Source of the DNA: a virus
Taxonomy: Duplodnaviria; Caudoviricetes
Strand: one strand, 5' to 3'
DNA: 64,000 nt
Virus record (IMG/VR): IMGVR_UViG_3300009095_000017
Span: 247 to 64,246 of that record
The notes under the pieces were generated by a model. That model made no database searches. It was not told the origin of the DNA and worked only from the letters and a program-made list of their open reading frames with translations. Positions 48,686 through 57,846 of this stretch are shown here, piece after piece. Each line of letters opens with the position of its first letter. The first letter of the stretch is position 1. Made by a program: the position numbers and the translations under genes.

Positions 48686-49351
48686 TTACTGTCCCGTGGT
48701 TTCGAATAGGGTGGCCGGGAGAACGGGAAGTTCATCCTGACTCATAGCATTGTTGATTTGATCCAGCAATTCCCAGCCAAGCTGGTATGCTTTCTCGCCT
48801 TCGGCCAGTGCCGTATCGGTGAGATCAGCCATCTGCTGAGGGGTAACTGACACACTGATGTTCTCATAGGGGCGGAACTTCAGAGTGATTTCCGTCCCAT
48901 CGGCAATTGCTTCCTTGGCCAGCGTACGCAGAATGAGCAGGTTGGTGCGGTCTTCAGGACGCAGCTGGATATGGATCAACTGACCGTTGACGGTGTACGG
49001 GAAACCCTTAGCCAGTACGTTGTCACGCAAACGCATCAGGTCGCTGATCGAACGGGTACGCGCTTGTTCCAGCTTCTCTGCCAGTTCATCGGCATTAAAG
49101 GGACGGACGTTGTAGCGCTTGAACCACTGGCCATCGATCAGCTCCGGGGCGGCCTCAGTGACCACATCACCGGCGGGGAGTTCCACGGGTTGTACCGGAG
49201 CCACGCCAAGAGCAGCCAGCAGCGATGCCGGGATCTGCTCGGGGAACGAGATGCGGGGGAACTTCTGGCGCAGCTGGTAAAAGCTGACCGGGTATTCGCC
49301 CGACTCGATGATAACGAACGTCGAATTCTTACTGATCAGTTCACCGGACAT
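48686..49351 (-). CDS. Tail fibre chaperone-like (DUF4376-type) protein
   Basis: EYPVS...LR...P..SFP N-terminus; C-terminal LR...L..G..Y...IQ.R..DR.NL domain. Confidence 0.6.
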   Translation of the reverse strand: MSGELISKNSTFVIIESGEYPVSFYQLRQKFPRISFPEQIPASLLAALGVAPVQPVELPAGDVVTEAAPELIDGQWFKRYNVRPFNADELAEKLEQARTRSISDLMRLRDNVLAKGFPYTVNGQLIHIQLRPEDRTNLLILRTLAKEAIADGTEITLKFRPYENISVSVTPQQMADLTDTALAEGEKAYQLGWELLDQINNAMSQDELPVLPATLFETTGQ

Positions 49352-49361
49352 CTTCTTCTCC

Positions 49362-49769
49362 TTACTGCTTGAAGCTGACGTTACCGAGGAACTTGTCGCC
49401 AACCCACAGTAGCGTAACTACGGTCAGGTTGGTAGCCAGCACCGGAGCGATGTCTTCGTTCCAGGTGATGTTTTCCGGCCAGGTCACGGAACCGGCGGAA
49501 CCCTCGAAGATGATGACCGCAGTCATTGCGCGATCAGCAGCGGGAGGATTGGCGATGGTCAGTTCGATGTTACCGGTTACGCTGTACCGGTAGACCTGGG
49601 TTGCAGCCAAGTCGATCTCGGTGGAATCCGAGAACGGCAGGTCGTACCGCTTCATCTGCTTGGCAACATCACCCACGGGGATGCGAGAGACTTTGCCGGC
49701 AACGATACCGACCACATGGTCGGCCGTTTGCAGATCGCCGTTTTCAACTACTTCGGTAAGCTTGGGCAT
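49362..49769 (-). CDS. Short tail-fibre tip-like protein
   Basis: IDL.....Y.....GN..LT..N.P...VTWP..I.W....P.L. Confidence 0.55.
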   Translation of the reverse strand: MPKLTEVVENGDLQTADHVVGIVAGKVSRIPVGDVAKQMKRYDLPFSDSTEIDLAATQVYRYSVTGNIELTIANPPAADRAMTAVIIFEGSAGSVTWPENITWNEDIAPVLATNLTVVTLLWVGDKFLGNVSFKQ

Positions 49770-49772
49770 GAT

Positions 49773-50351
49773 TTACTCCATCAGAAGCACTTCGGAATTC
49801 TCGTCGGTCAGCGGGGCGCCGGAATCGTCGAGAATGTATTCAACAGGGTAGAAGCCGTTCAATCCTTCCTGGGTAAAGACTGCCTCAAGGTCGAGCTTGC
49901 GGCGGTCGATCAGGTTGAATTCGCGCTCGCCTACATAGGCGAAAGAGCCTTCAATGGCGCGCAGGCTGACCGGGATCACGGTACCGTAAGAGTAGTCCGG
50001 CAGTTCGGAGATACTCAGTTCAACCTCATCTACCAGCACGCCCAGTTCTTGGGCAGCCAGCTCTTTGATAAGGTCGAGGGTGTCGGATTCCGACAGTTCG
50101 AATGTGATAGCGGTGGCAATCGCATTCAGAGGTACCCGGTTGTAACGGAATTCGAAGTTACCGAGGTAATTAAGGCTGTCCGGGGTAGCGGACGCCGTCA
50201 CTACGGTATTGGTCCTTTCCTGCTCATCCGCCAAGGGGGCAGAAAGGACCACATCGACCTCAGTCACATCGGGCAAGTCAGGACGTTTGGCGTCCTGGTT
50301 GATCAGTGCATATAGGTTCTCCAATGCACTTTTAGCCAGATCAATGCGCAT
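49773..50351 (-). CDS. Virion structural protein
   Basis: Paralogue of 48101-48682. Confidence 0.65.
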   Translation of the reverse strand: MRIDLAKSALENLYALINQDAKRPDLPDVTEVDVVLSAPLADEQERTNTVVTASATPDSLNYLGNFEFRYNRVPLNAIATAITFELSESDTLDLIKELAAQELGVLVDEVELSISELPDYSYGTVIPVSLRAIEGSFAYVGEREFNLIDRRKLDLEAVFTQEGLNGFYPVEYILDDSGAPLTDENSEVLLME

Positions 50352-50503
50352 GTAATGGACCTCGTCGTTGGGACGTTGTGTATTATCCTCATTTAAAGGA
50401 AACCACACATGATTAGGTTAAGTCCATACTTAGTTTTACTGGTACAAAAATAAAAGAAAGCAGACAGAGGGGGCGGATTACCGCCCCCTCTGTCTATTAG
50501 GCA

Positions 50504-52486
50504 TTACAAGCCGGTGAAGTTTGGGTCGTCGATGATCACACACTTGTTCTTCAGGGCTTTGTCGAGCTTGCTGCCAGGATCGCTGCCAATCAACAAATGC
50601 GTGGTCTTCTTGCTTACACTCCCCACAACCGTTGCCCCACGGTCCAGAAAGTACTGGAGGATCTCGCTGCGCTTCATTCGATTGAATGAACCACTGACAC
50701 ACCAGACTTGACCGGACAATGGTCCGGTTTTCAGTTCAGTGGCTTTACCCGAGGTAACCCCGAGTTCCAACAAGGAATCCAGTTCCTTACGGTTGACCGG
50801 ATCTCGGATAAAGTCATAGAACGCCCGTGCGGTGGTTTCCCCGATATCGTCGATAGCCCAGATGTCTTTGGGTTCTGCCGCCGATAGGGCATCGATTTCA
50901 CCGAAGGTTACCGCGATGGCCGCCGCCGTGCTTTTACCAATACCCGGAATGCCTAAGACTTGAATGAACTTTTCAAGGTTCATGCCCTTAGACTTCTGGA
51001 TGGATTCGTAAACCTTGGTCCCGTTCGCCTTACCGATGACCTCTACGCAGTCTTCCAGCGTCAGACGATACAAATCACTGGGTTTACGAACCACCTTCTT
51101 ATCCCACAGTTCATCGATGCTCTTCGACCCTAGCGATACCACATTGGCACATTCCCGGCTGACGTAGTACACCAAGTTCTGTTTGAGCTGGTCAACACAA
51201 CCGTGGACATTCGGGCAGTAGACCTCAACCTCTTTGCGTTGCAGTTCTGTTCCGCAACACGGGCAGTGCGTGGGAGTCTTGAAGGCTTCACCGATCCCTT
51301 TCTTGGTAACCGACACGACATCCGGAATCACATCCCCGGCACGAACCAGTTCGACAGTGTCGCCAATCGAGACCCCGAGAGTTTCGATCTTGTCGAAGTT
51401 GGCTAGGTTTACCGAGGTGATCTGTACGCCGCCGATCTTCACCGGGGTAACCTTCCCGACAGGGGTCAGTACGCCGGTTCGACCCACCGTGATCTCGATG
51501 TCCTCCAAGGTACTTAGCCCTGACATCGGCGGATACTTGAACGCCACCGCCCAACGCGGATGATGACTGGTGTCACCCAGTAACTGACGAATCCCGTAAG
51601 AGGAGACTTTCAGCACTGCTCCGTCGATGTCACAAAAGAACACAGACCCTTTCTTTTCACGCAGTTTCCTGAAGTGTTCTACTGCTTCTTCCAGCTGCTT
51701 ATGCGTTTTCACTTGTCGACCCACGACACAATCGAAGCCGAAGCTGCGGATCGAAGTCATGGCAAGTGAATGATCTTCGGCCAGTTCCCCACCAGTGGCT
51801 ACTTCGTAGGCATAGAAGCGAATCACTTCACCGAAGACATTCTCCGGCTTCAGTTGACGCATGTTCCCAGCCACGAAGTTCCGGGCATTGGCGTACGGCT
51901 TTTGTCCCGAGGCGATCAGGCGTTCGTTCAGTTGCCCGAACAGTTCCAGATCGGCCACCAGCTCCCCACGCACTTCCAGCTCATAAGGCTTACGGCGACC
52001 TTGCAGCAGGTATGGGATGTTGCTGACCATCTGGACGTTGTTGATGATATTCTCCCCTTCCGAGCCGTCACCACGGGTCGTGGCCTCCACCAGCTTGCCA
52101 TCCCGGTAGAACAACCGACAGGCCAAGCCATCGAGCTTCGGCTCCATGACATAGGTCAAATCCATCCCCGCTTCTCGGTTGGCTCCATCCATGAACCGTA
52201 CGAGGTCTGGCAAGGTGAAGACCTTATCCAGTGATTTCATAGGCATGCGGAATTGGATCTTAGGCAGGTAGCCTTTTACGACTGGAGCCACCCGTTTGGT
52301 CGGACTGTCCGGCTGTGCCAAGTGCGGATGCAGGCGCTCCAGTTCTTTCAAACGCTCCAAGAGCTTGTCGTATTCGGCGTCGCTGATCAGAGAGGTGTTG
52401 CGGTTGTGGTAATAGTCGTCATACTTTCGAATCGCTGCGGTGAGTTCCGCGATCTCCGATTCAAGATTGGGTGTTACACTGGACAT
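50504..52486 (-). CDS. ligA: NAD+-dependent DNA ligase
   Basis: ISDAEYD, EPKLDGL (KxDG), TRGDGSEGE, EVRGE, DIDGAVLK, PRWAVAFK, Cys4 zinc finger, C-terminal BRCT. Confidence 0.93.
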   Translation of the reverse strand: MSSVTPNLESEIAELTAAIRKYDDYYHNRNTSLISDAEYDKLLERLKELERLHPHLAQPDSPTKRVAPVVKGYLPKIQFRMPMKSLDKVFTLPDLVRFMDGANREAGMDLTYVMEPKLDGLACRLFYRDGKLVEATTRGDGSEGENIINNVQMVSNIPYLLQGRRKPYELEVRGELVADLELFGQLNERLIASGQKPYANARNFVAGNMRQLKPENVFGEVIRFYAYEVATGGELAEDHSLAMTSIRSFGFDCVVGRQVKTHKQLEEAVEHFRKLREKKGSVFFCDIDGAVLKVSSYGIRQLLGDTSHHPRWAVAFKYPPMSGLSTLEDIEITVGRTGVLTPVGKVTPVKIGGVQITSVNLANFDKIETLGVSIGDTVELVRAGDVIPDVVSVTKKGIGEAFKTPTHCPCCGTELQRKEVEVYCPNVHGCVDQLKQNLVYYVSRECANVVSLGSKSIDELWDKKVVRKPSDLYRLTLEDCVEVIGKANGTKVYESIQKSKGMNLEKFIQVLGIPGIGKSTAAAIAVTFGEIDALSAAEPKDIWAIDDIGETTARAFYDFIRDPVNRKELDSLLELGVTSGKATELKTGPLSGQVWCVSGSFNRMKRSEILQYFLDRGATVVGSVSKKTTHLLIGSDPGSKLDKALKNKCVIIDDPNFTGL

Positions 52487-52519
52487 GAACATGCTCCATA
52501 GGGTAATGCTGTCACAGCC

Positions 52520-52533
52520 ATAATGTACAATTG
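52520..52533 (-). promoter_or_regulatory. Putative phage promoter motif upstream of ligA
   Basis: Minus strand caattgtacattat. Confidence 0.55.
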
Positions 52534-52555
52534 AAATCCAATCGGAGACGACATA

Positions 52556-52579
52556 GACGGGGGACCGAAGTCCCCCGTC
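52556..52579 (-). terminator. Hairpin with cUUCGg loop on the minus strand
   Basis: gacgggggac-cgaa-gtcccccgtc. Confidence 0.7.
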
Positions 52580-52593
52580 CACGGCGCTTGCGC

Positions 52594-53540
52594 GCATTCC
52601 CCTACCTAGCACTTCCCATGCCTAGAAAGCACCCTGCTGGACACTCGATCGGGCTGGTACCGGCCTTGGATGAATGTCACAGTGGCTGCCAACTAGAAGA
52701 TCAACTACTCTGCACTGTAAGGCAGTCGTAAAGATCGTTTGACAACTTACCTGCCAAGCGTCACCTTAACAGGTCGTACCGTTTGCGTTCGCCAATTGAC
52801 GGTCGGCTACCAGCGCTTAATTCATCCCCTCTACGGTAACAGCAAGGGATGCCGGCGTTCGATGACGCCGGGCTATGACCTGCCCGTGCGGCAGGTTTCT
52901 GACTATTTAACGTCGGTCTTTTTCGAATAGTGCGACGGTATTAGGACGTCAGCGGCGCTTTGGGGGACATGGCAATCCGAAGGAGGTGACATCGGAGCCG
53001 CTGACGTGTTAGGTGTAAAACCAACCGTCCGGGGGTTATCGCAGGACCCTTGGATGATTGTGGTTGGTTTTACATTTGGAACGGGAGAGTGGCGATAGGG
53101 TAACGTTGAGGTCACTGCGGAGGGTAGCCACTCTCCCGTATTCGTAGAAATCGTTCCTGACTCGCCAACCCTTTCGGATTCGCCTAAGGGTGGCTGGGGG
53201 CTTGGTCGGTACCGCCAGGAGGAATACCGATTGCCAGCGCTTATACTCTCGTCCCTCTATCGGCATGCCTTATCCGTCGTTGGACTGGAGGTAGGTCGAG
53301 GGACTCGGTGGTGCACCCCCCAACATCCTCGAAAAGGAGCGATTCCGAAGATGTTGGAGGCTACGAACTCCGAACTGAACAAGAGTCATAACTTGCAGGC
53401 GTTGGCCGGACGTCTGCCAGACCGGTTTACGAGCGCTCAGCAGCGGGCAAGATGAGAGCGCTACCAGCGGTCAGCTGGTCGAAGTGCAACCGGTGAACAC
53501 TTCCGGGGCGTCGAGGAACGACGATTGCTTAGGGGGCTGC
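52594..53540 (+). ncRNA. Candidate large highly structured non-coding RNA (~950 nt), class not recognised
   Basis: No credible ORF. Many helices, including 11-, 13- and 13-bp perfect stems. The 5' and 3' ends pair, and G-U wobbles mostly work on the + strand. Confidence 0.72.
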
Positions 53541-53560
53541 ATCATTCCTCAGATCATGGA

Positions 53561-54160
53561 TCAATCGTGTAAAAAATTACGATTTTCCAATTCGATCGCC
53601 CGGTCGATGAGGGCAAGGGTTTGCTCAAAGGGGTCACCTTCACGGGAGAGCATGCTCGCAGCGATGCCGGAACCGCCATTGAGCACCGCACTCAGTAGGC
53701 CGGTGGTAAGCTCCCAAGCGAGGCTGGGACCTGACGTGGCGCCGGTGTTGTGTGCTTCGCGGCGCTGCTCCTCTCGGATCTGCGCTTCCTGCTCTGCCGT
53801 CAGGTAACTGGTGTATTCACGCAGTGCCTCCACGGTCGCTCGGAACTTCATCAGCTCTTGCACAGCTGGGGCTTGGTAGTGTTCGGGGCTGTAGACGGCG
53901 TCTTCACCCACCTTATCGATGATGTCCGACAGCGCTTCAAGGGTCAGCTCCATATCGGTGGTTTCATCGGTGTCACTTTCGGTGTCCGTACCGACGAGGC
54001 TGTGTTCCGTACCGGAGAGCAGGGTTTCGCCGACATCCTTGAAGGATTGCAGCTCTTCAAACGACACATTGCCACGGGCCAGCAGACCCTTGCCTTGGAC
54101 CATCAGGGATTCCAGCGTGGATTTGAGTCGGGTACGATACCCGTCGTTATTTACACTCAT
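53561..54160 (-). CDS. Putative head protein with x-x-E maturation-like motifs
   Basis: TLES, SFEE and TLEA motifs resemble prohead-protease sites; acidic linker. Confidence 0.5.
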   Translation of the reverse strand: MSVNNDGYRTRLKSTLESLMVQGKGLLARGNVSFEELQSFKDVGETLLSGTEHSLVGTDTESDTDETTDMELTLEALSDIIDKVGEDAVYSPEHYQAPAVQELMKFRATVEALREYTSYLTAEQEAQIREEQRREAHNTGATSGPSLAWELTTGLLSAVLNGGSGIAASMLSREGDPFEQTLALIDRAIELENRNFLHD

Positions 54161-54218
54161 GATGAGCACCTTTCGGTAAGATTCTATAGGTTTACCCGTC
54201 CTTATTAGGAGTCAAGTA

Positions 54219-56246
54219 ATGTTTGCTGCCATCTCGCGGGTCTTGGGGATCATTCAGGTGAATGAAACCTCTACCCACATCATAATTGAAGGAATTGATG
54301 CATGGAAGATCAGTCGGGACATTGGTAGCCACTGGCAGACCAGCAAAGTCGTGAACTTTATGTTCAATCTGATGACACGTCACAAGCTGGTGTTTCCGAA
54401 GTTCTTTGCCATTGATGTCCTGTATATTTTCGAAACCTTGGCGGCACCAGGACCGCGCTGCATGTACCCCAAACGGGGTTATCGGAAGATTGCCGACATC
54501 CTCAAACAGGAAACGTGGCTGGCCAATATTGACAATGAGCAAGTTAAAGGCCCGTGTGACTTTTCCAAACTGAAAGAGATTGGGTTGTCCTTGATGCCTC
54601 ACCAGCGCGAGTTCTTGGAGATGTACGACAAGACCACGGTGACCTACAACCTCAATGGCATGTTGCTGGCCGCTGCGCCAGGTTCCGGGAAGACCCTGAC
54701 CGGGCTGGCGCTGGCGTCTGTGGTCGGCGGGGATGTAGTGTTTATCATCTCCCCTAAGAACGCAGTGGATCGGGTATGGTCAGCAACCTTGCAGGAACAC
54801 ATGACCCAGAAACCCAGTTTCTGGGATTCGCTCTCCGGTGAACGCGTACCGGAGCCAGGTCATAGGTACTACGTGTTCCACTACGAGGCCCTGGATCGGG
54901 CGGTGGAGCTGGCCAAGCGCATCCGGTGCAAGAATGCGGTCATCATCTTGGATGAATGTCACAACTTCAACGATGTGAAGTCGCAGCGCACCCAGCTCTT
55001 TATCGAACTGTGTCGGCACACCCGATCTCGTCACGTTCTCTGGTCGTCTGGTACGCCGGTGAAGGCCATGGGTTCGGAGATGATCCCGTTCCTCACCACC
55101 GTGGACCCCTTCTTCAGCAAACATGCCGAAGAGCGCTTTCGCAAGATCTTTGGTCGCGATGCTAAGAAGGCCAACGACATCCTCTGTAACCGGATCGGTC
55201 TGGTATCCTTCAAGGTGGACAAAGCCACCATCGTCGAGAACAAGCTTGAGGAGCACACGATCAAGGTGTCGATCAAGAACGGTGCCGACTACACCTTGGA
55301 AGCCATCCGGGATCGAATGGTTGCCTTCATCAACGAACGGATTCGATACTACGAAAAGAACATGAAGGAGTTCACCGAACTGTACGAGAAGTGCTTGGCA
55401 ATCCACGCATCCACGCTGCGCAGTCATGAACTGAAGGACTTCCAGTACTACAAGGATTGCGTGGCCATGATCCGTAAAGGGTACGATCCGGTGGTACACA
55501 AGGAAGAGGCCATGTTCTGCAACCGTTACGAGTTGAAGAACATCATGCCCAGCCTACCGCAAGAGTTGCGCAAGCCGTTCAAGGGCGTCCGATCGGTCAT
55601 CAAATACCTGAAGCTCAAGGTGCTGGGTGAAGCCCTCGGCGGTATTCTGGGTAAGGCGCGCGTGCAGTGTCACTTGGACATGATCGAGAACATGGGAATT
55701 CCACAGATCGTCGATGGTGCGATCAAGAAGACCCTGATTTTCTCCTCGTATGTGGAAGTGGTCGACAAGATCGCCGAACACATGTCAGGCAAGCGGTACA
55801 TGCCGCTGGTGGTGCACGGGGGAACCAACAAGGACTTGGCCAACATCGTTGATCGGTTCTACAAGGACGAGGACGTCAACCCCTTGGTGGCGACCTATCA
55901 ATCCTTGAGCACCGCTGTACCGATCACCGCCGCCAACTGCATCATCCTGACTAACCAGCCGTTCAGGGATCATGAGCGGGAACAGGCGATCAGTCGTGCA
56001 TTGCGCATCGGTCAAGATCAGACCGTGCACGTCTACAACATGATTCTGGACACCGGTGAGAAACCCAACATCTCCACCCGTGCCAAGGATATCATGGAGT
56101 GGAGTAAGGCCAGTGTGGCAGCCATCATGGGTATCGAGGTTCCGCAGGATATCGAAGCGACCCTTGAGAACTTTGCGGAAGGGATTCCCGAGCAGTGGGC
56201 CACACAAATGGAATCGCTCAATCAGCAGATTGAACAGTTCCTTTAG
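54219..56246 (+). CDS. SF2/SNF2-type helicase
   Basis: AAAPGSGKT, IILDECHN, WSSGTP, SRALRIGQ. Confidence 0.88.
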   Translation: MFAAISRVLGIIQVNETSTHIIIEGIDAWKISRDIGSHWQTSKVVNFMFNLMTRHKLVFPKFFAIDVLYIFETLAAPGPRCMYPKRGYRKIADILKQETWLANIDNEQVKGPCDFSKLKEIGLSLMPHQREFLEMYDKTTVTYNLNGMLLAAAPGSGKTLTGLALASVVGGDVVFIISPKNAVDRVWSATLQEHMTQKPSFWDSLSGERVPEPGHRYYVFHYEALDRAVELAKRIRCKNAVIILDECHNFNDVKSQRTQLFIELCRHTRSRHVLWSSGTPVKAMGSEMIPFLTTVDPFFSKHAEERFRKIFGRDAKKANDILCNRIGLVSFKVDKATIVENKLEEHTIKVSIKNGADYTLEAIRDRMVAFINERIRYYEKNMKEFTELYEKCLAIHASTLRSHELKDFQYYKDCVAMIRKGYDPVVHKEEAMFCNRYELKNIMPSLPQELRKPFKGVRSVIKYLKLKVLGEALGGILGKARVQCHLDMIENMGIPQIVDGAIKKTLIFSSYVEVVDKIAEHMSGKRYMPLVVHGGTNKDLANIVDRFYKDEDVNPLVATYQSLSTAVPITAANCIILTNQPFRDHEREQAISRALRIGQDQTVHVYNMILDTGEKPNISTRAKDIMEWSKASVAAIMGIEVPQDIEATLENFAEGIPEQWATQMESLNQQIEQFL

Positions 56247-56259
56247 GCAAAAAAGAAAA

Positions 56260-56292
56260 CATACAGAGGGAGGCGCTGGCCTCCCTCTGTAT
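56260..56292. terminator. Terminator between convergent genes
   Basis: 15-bp stem with an A-tract on the + strand. Confidence 0.8.
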
Positions 56293-56296
56293 GCCG

Positions 56297-56845
56297 TCAC
56301 TCCGCGTTGCGCGGATAGCGATGATTGAGTTCTTTCACGATGGTGCTAATGTCCACCCATTCGACCCCGGCACCATTACCGATCCTGAATCGATCGCAGG
56401 CCCGCTCTACCCCTTTGGGGGTATTGTCGACCGAGACATACCCCTCGACCAGCTCACGGGCGCTGATGGTGTTACAAACCACACTGGTCAGTTCATTGCC
56501 GATCGGAATCTGATGAACTACATGATAGAGTCGATTTTCCGATCCGACCAAAACATGCTTGACAATGTAGTCAAATACATTGCCCCGATGATCCACCAAT
56601 ATCCAGCCATAGCAGTTGGGGTCGTGAATGGTCTTTTCGGAGGTCAAGTGAATCGGTAGGGTTTGTTTCTTGTCGGCGAACAGGGTGAAATCCATTGGAA
56701 AATTGGAGTAGGGTAGCGCCCAGCCATATTCCGACAGGTACTCTTTCCAACTCCGCTGACCCAAGGTGCGTACGGCGCGCGACAGCAATCGCTGAATCGG
56801 GTGTTGAAACCCGATTGACCGACCATGAATGACAGCGAGGTTCAT
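56297..56845 (-). CDS. Hypothetical protein
   Basis: 182-aa ORF overlapping the stop codon of the upstream gene. Confidence 0.55.
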   Translation of the reverse strand: MNLAVIHGRSIGFQHPIQRLLSRAVRTLGQRSWKEYLSEYGWALPYSNFPMDFTLFADKKQTLPIHLTSEKTIHDPNCYGWILVDHRGNVFDYIVKHVLVGSENRLYHVVHQIPIGNELTSVVCNTISARELVEGYVSVDNTPKGVERACDRFRIGNGAGVEWVDISTIVKELNHRYPRNAE

Positions 56846-57369
56846 TTGATTTCCTCGGTAAAGAAAGGTTTCAAATCTTCAGCTTTAATTGCGGTAATGT
56901 CTTTACCGGTTAGGTGATCGAGTTCGTGGACTCCTTGCATAGCTTTCAGTGGATCGATACCGGTCGCCAGACGCCCCAAGGCGTAGTGCGATCCGGTACC
57001 TACGGCAGCGGTAACGTGAGTGACCTCAAACTGGTCGTCGGCAGTAATCTTCCAAGCCCTGTCATGGGTCATCCAAAGCATGGAAGGGAAATCATCAATA
57101 CCTTGCTCCCTGAGACGTTTGTACATCTGCTGGTACACTTTGTCCAACGAGATGGTGGTCAGGTACATGGCATCCAGGTAATGGCGGATGGTGCGTTCGA
57201 GGAACGCACGGCGTTTGCCGATCATTTCTTCGCCGGATACCCCATAGGCAAAGCGTTTGTCACGCGAGATGAAAACCTTGCGACCACTATATTTGCGGTA
57301 CTTGTCTTCGGGAATGATGAACAGGTCATCGGCGTACAATACGCGTTGATGGTGCACGATGCAAGTCAC
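56842..57369 (-). CDS. HslV-like (Ntn-hydrolase) peptidase
   Basis: MTCIV...YAD (Thr2 nucleophile); AAVGTGSHYALG...DP..A....D..TG. Confidence 0.65.
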   Translation of the reverse strand: MTCIVHHQRVLYADDLFIIPEDKYRKYSGRKVFISRDKRFAYGVSGEEMIGKRRAFLERTIRHYLDAMYLTTISLDKVYQQMYKRLREQGIDDFPSMLWMTHDRAWKITADDQFEVTHVTAAVGTGSHYALGRLATGIDPLKAMQGVHELDHLTGKDITAIKAEDLKPFFTEEIK

Positions 57370-57425
57370 GAGGGGAACTCCTCAAAACGTCATAGGGAGG
57401 GGAGCTTCGGCTCCCCTCTGTACAA

Positions 57426-57767
57426 TCAGCTCCAGGCGTCGAAGCGACGGTTGCAACCAACACCGCCGGTGGGTTTCTTGACCTTAGCCTGCTTTTCGGG
57501 CTCGACCGCTTCGGTGGACACGGCTTCCATGACGGACTCCACGGCGATCTCGCCGCTGTCCAGCGAAATACCGATGGACTTGACGAGGGCCAGGTTTTCC
57601 ACCGGTTCTTCCACTTCGATCACCAGCGAGATCGTTTTATCACTGTTGGTCACGGTGAGAGCGTTGTCAGCGCTGACCTTGGTGACCTGCATCGATACCA
57701 CCTTGTTTTCTTCTTGAGCAAAGAAAGCCAGCAGGGGCAGGAACTTTTCCGGGGACTTCAGTTTCAT
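57426..57767 (-). CDS. Hypothetical protein
   Basis: 113 aa with high-expression codon bias; promoter-like motif at 57821-57834. Confidence 0.6.
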   Translation of the reverse strand: MKLKSPEKFLPLLAFFAQEENKVVSMQVTKVSADNALTVTNSDKTISLVIEVEEPVENLALVKSIGISLDSGEIAVESVMEAVSTEAVEPEKQAKVKKPTGGVGCNRRFDAWS

Positions 57768-57846
57768 GATGGAACAACTCCGAATGTTAATGTTAGGGAC
57801 AGTGAATCCACTGTCCCTTTATAATGTATATTTGTTTTATTTTTTA

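Noticed and set aside
26002-52486. Inteins or introns in RNAP, DnaB, RNR or ligase
   Set aside because: The ORFs are continuous, of normal length, and show no splice-junction motifs.
52930-52940. GTGCG as a group II intron 5' end
   Set aside because: No domain V consensus, no interrupted gene and no maturase. Group I P7 (R/S) motifs, RNase P CR-I/CR-V and tmRNA ends were also not found.
52531-53455. Short ORFs (63-76 aa) in the structured region
   Set aside because: No RBS, no phage codon bias, mutually overlapping on both strands.
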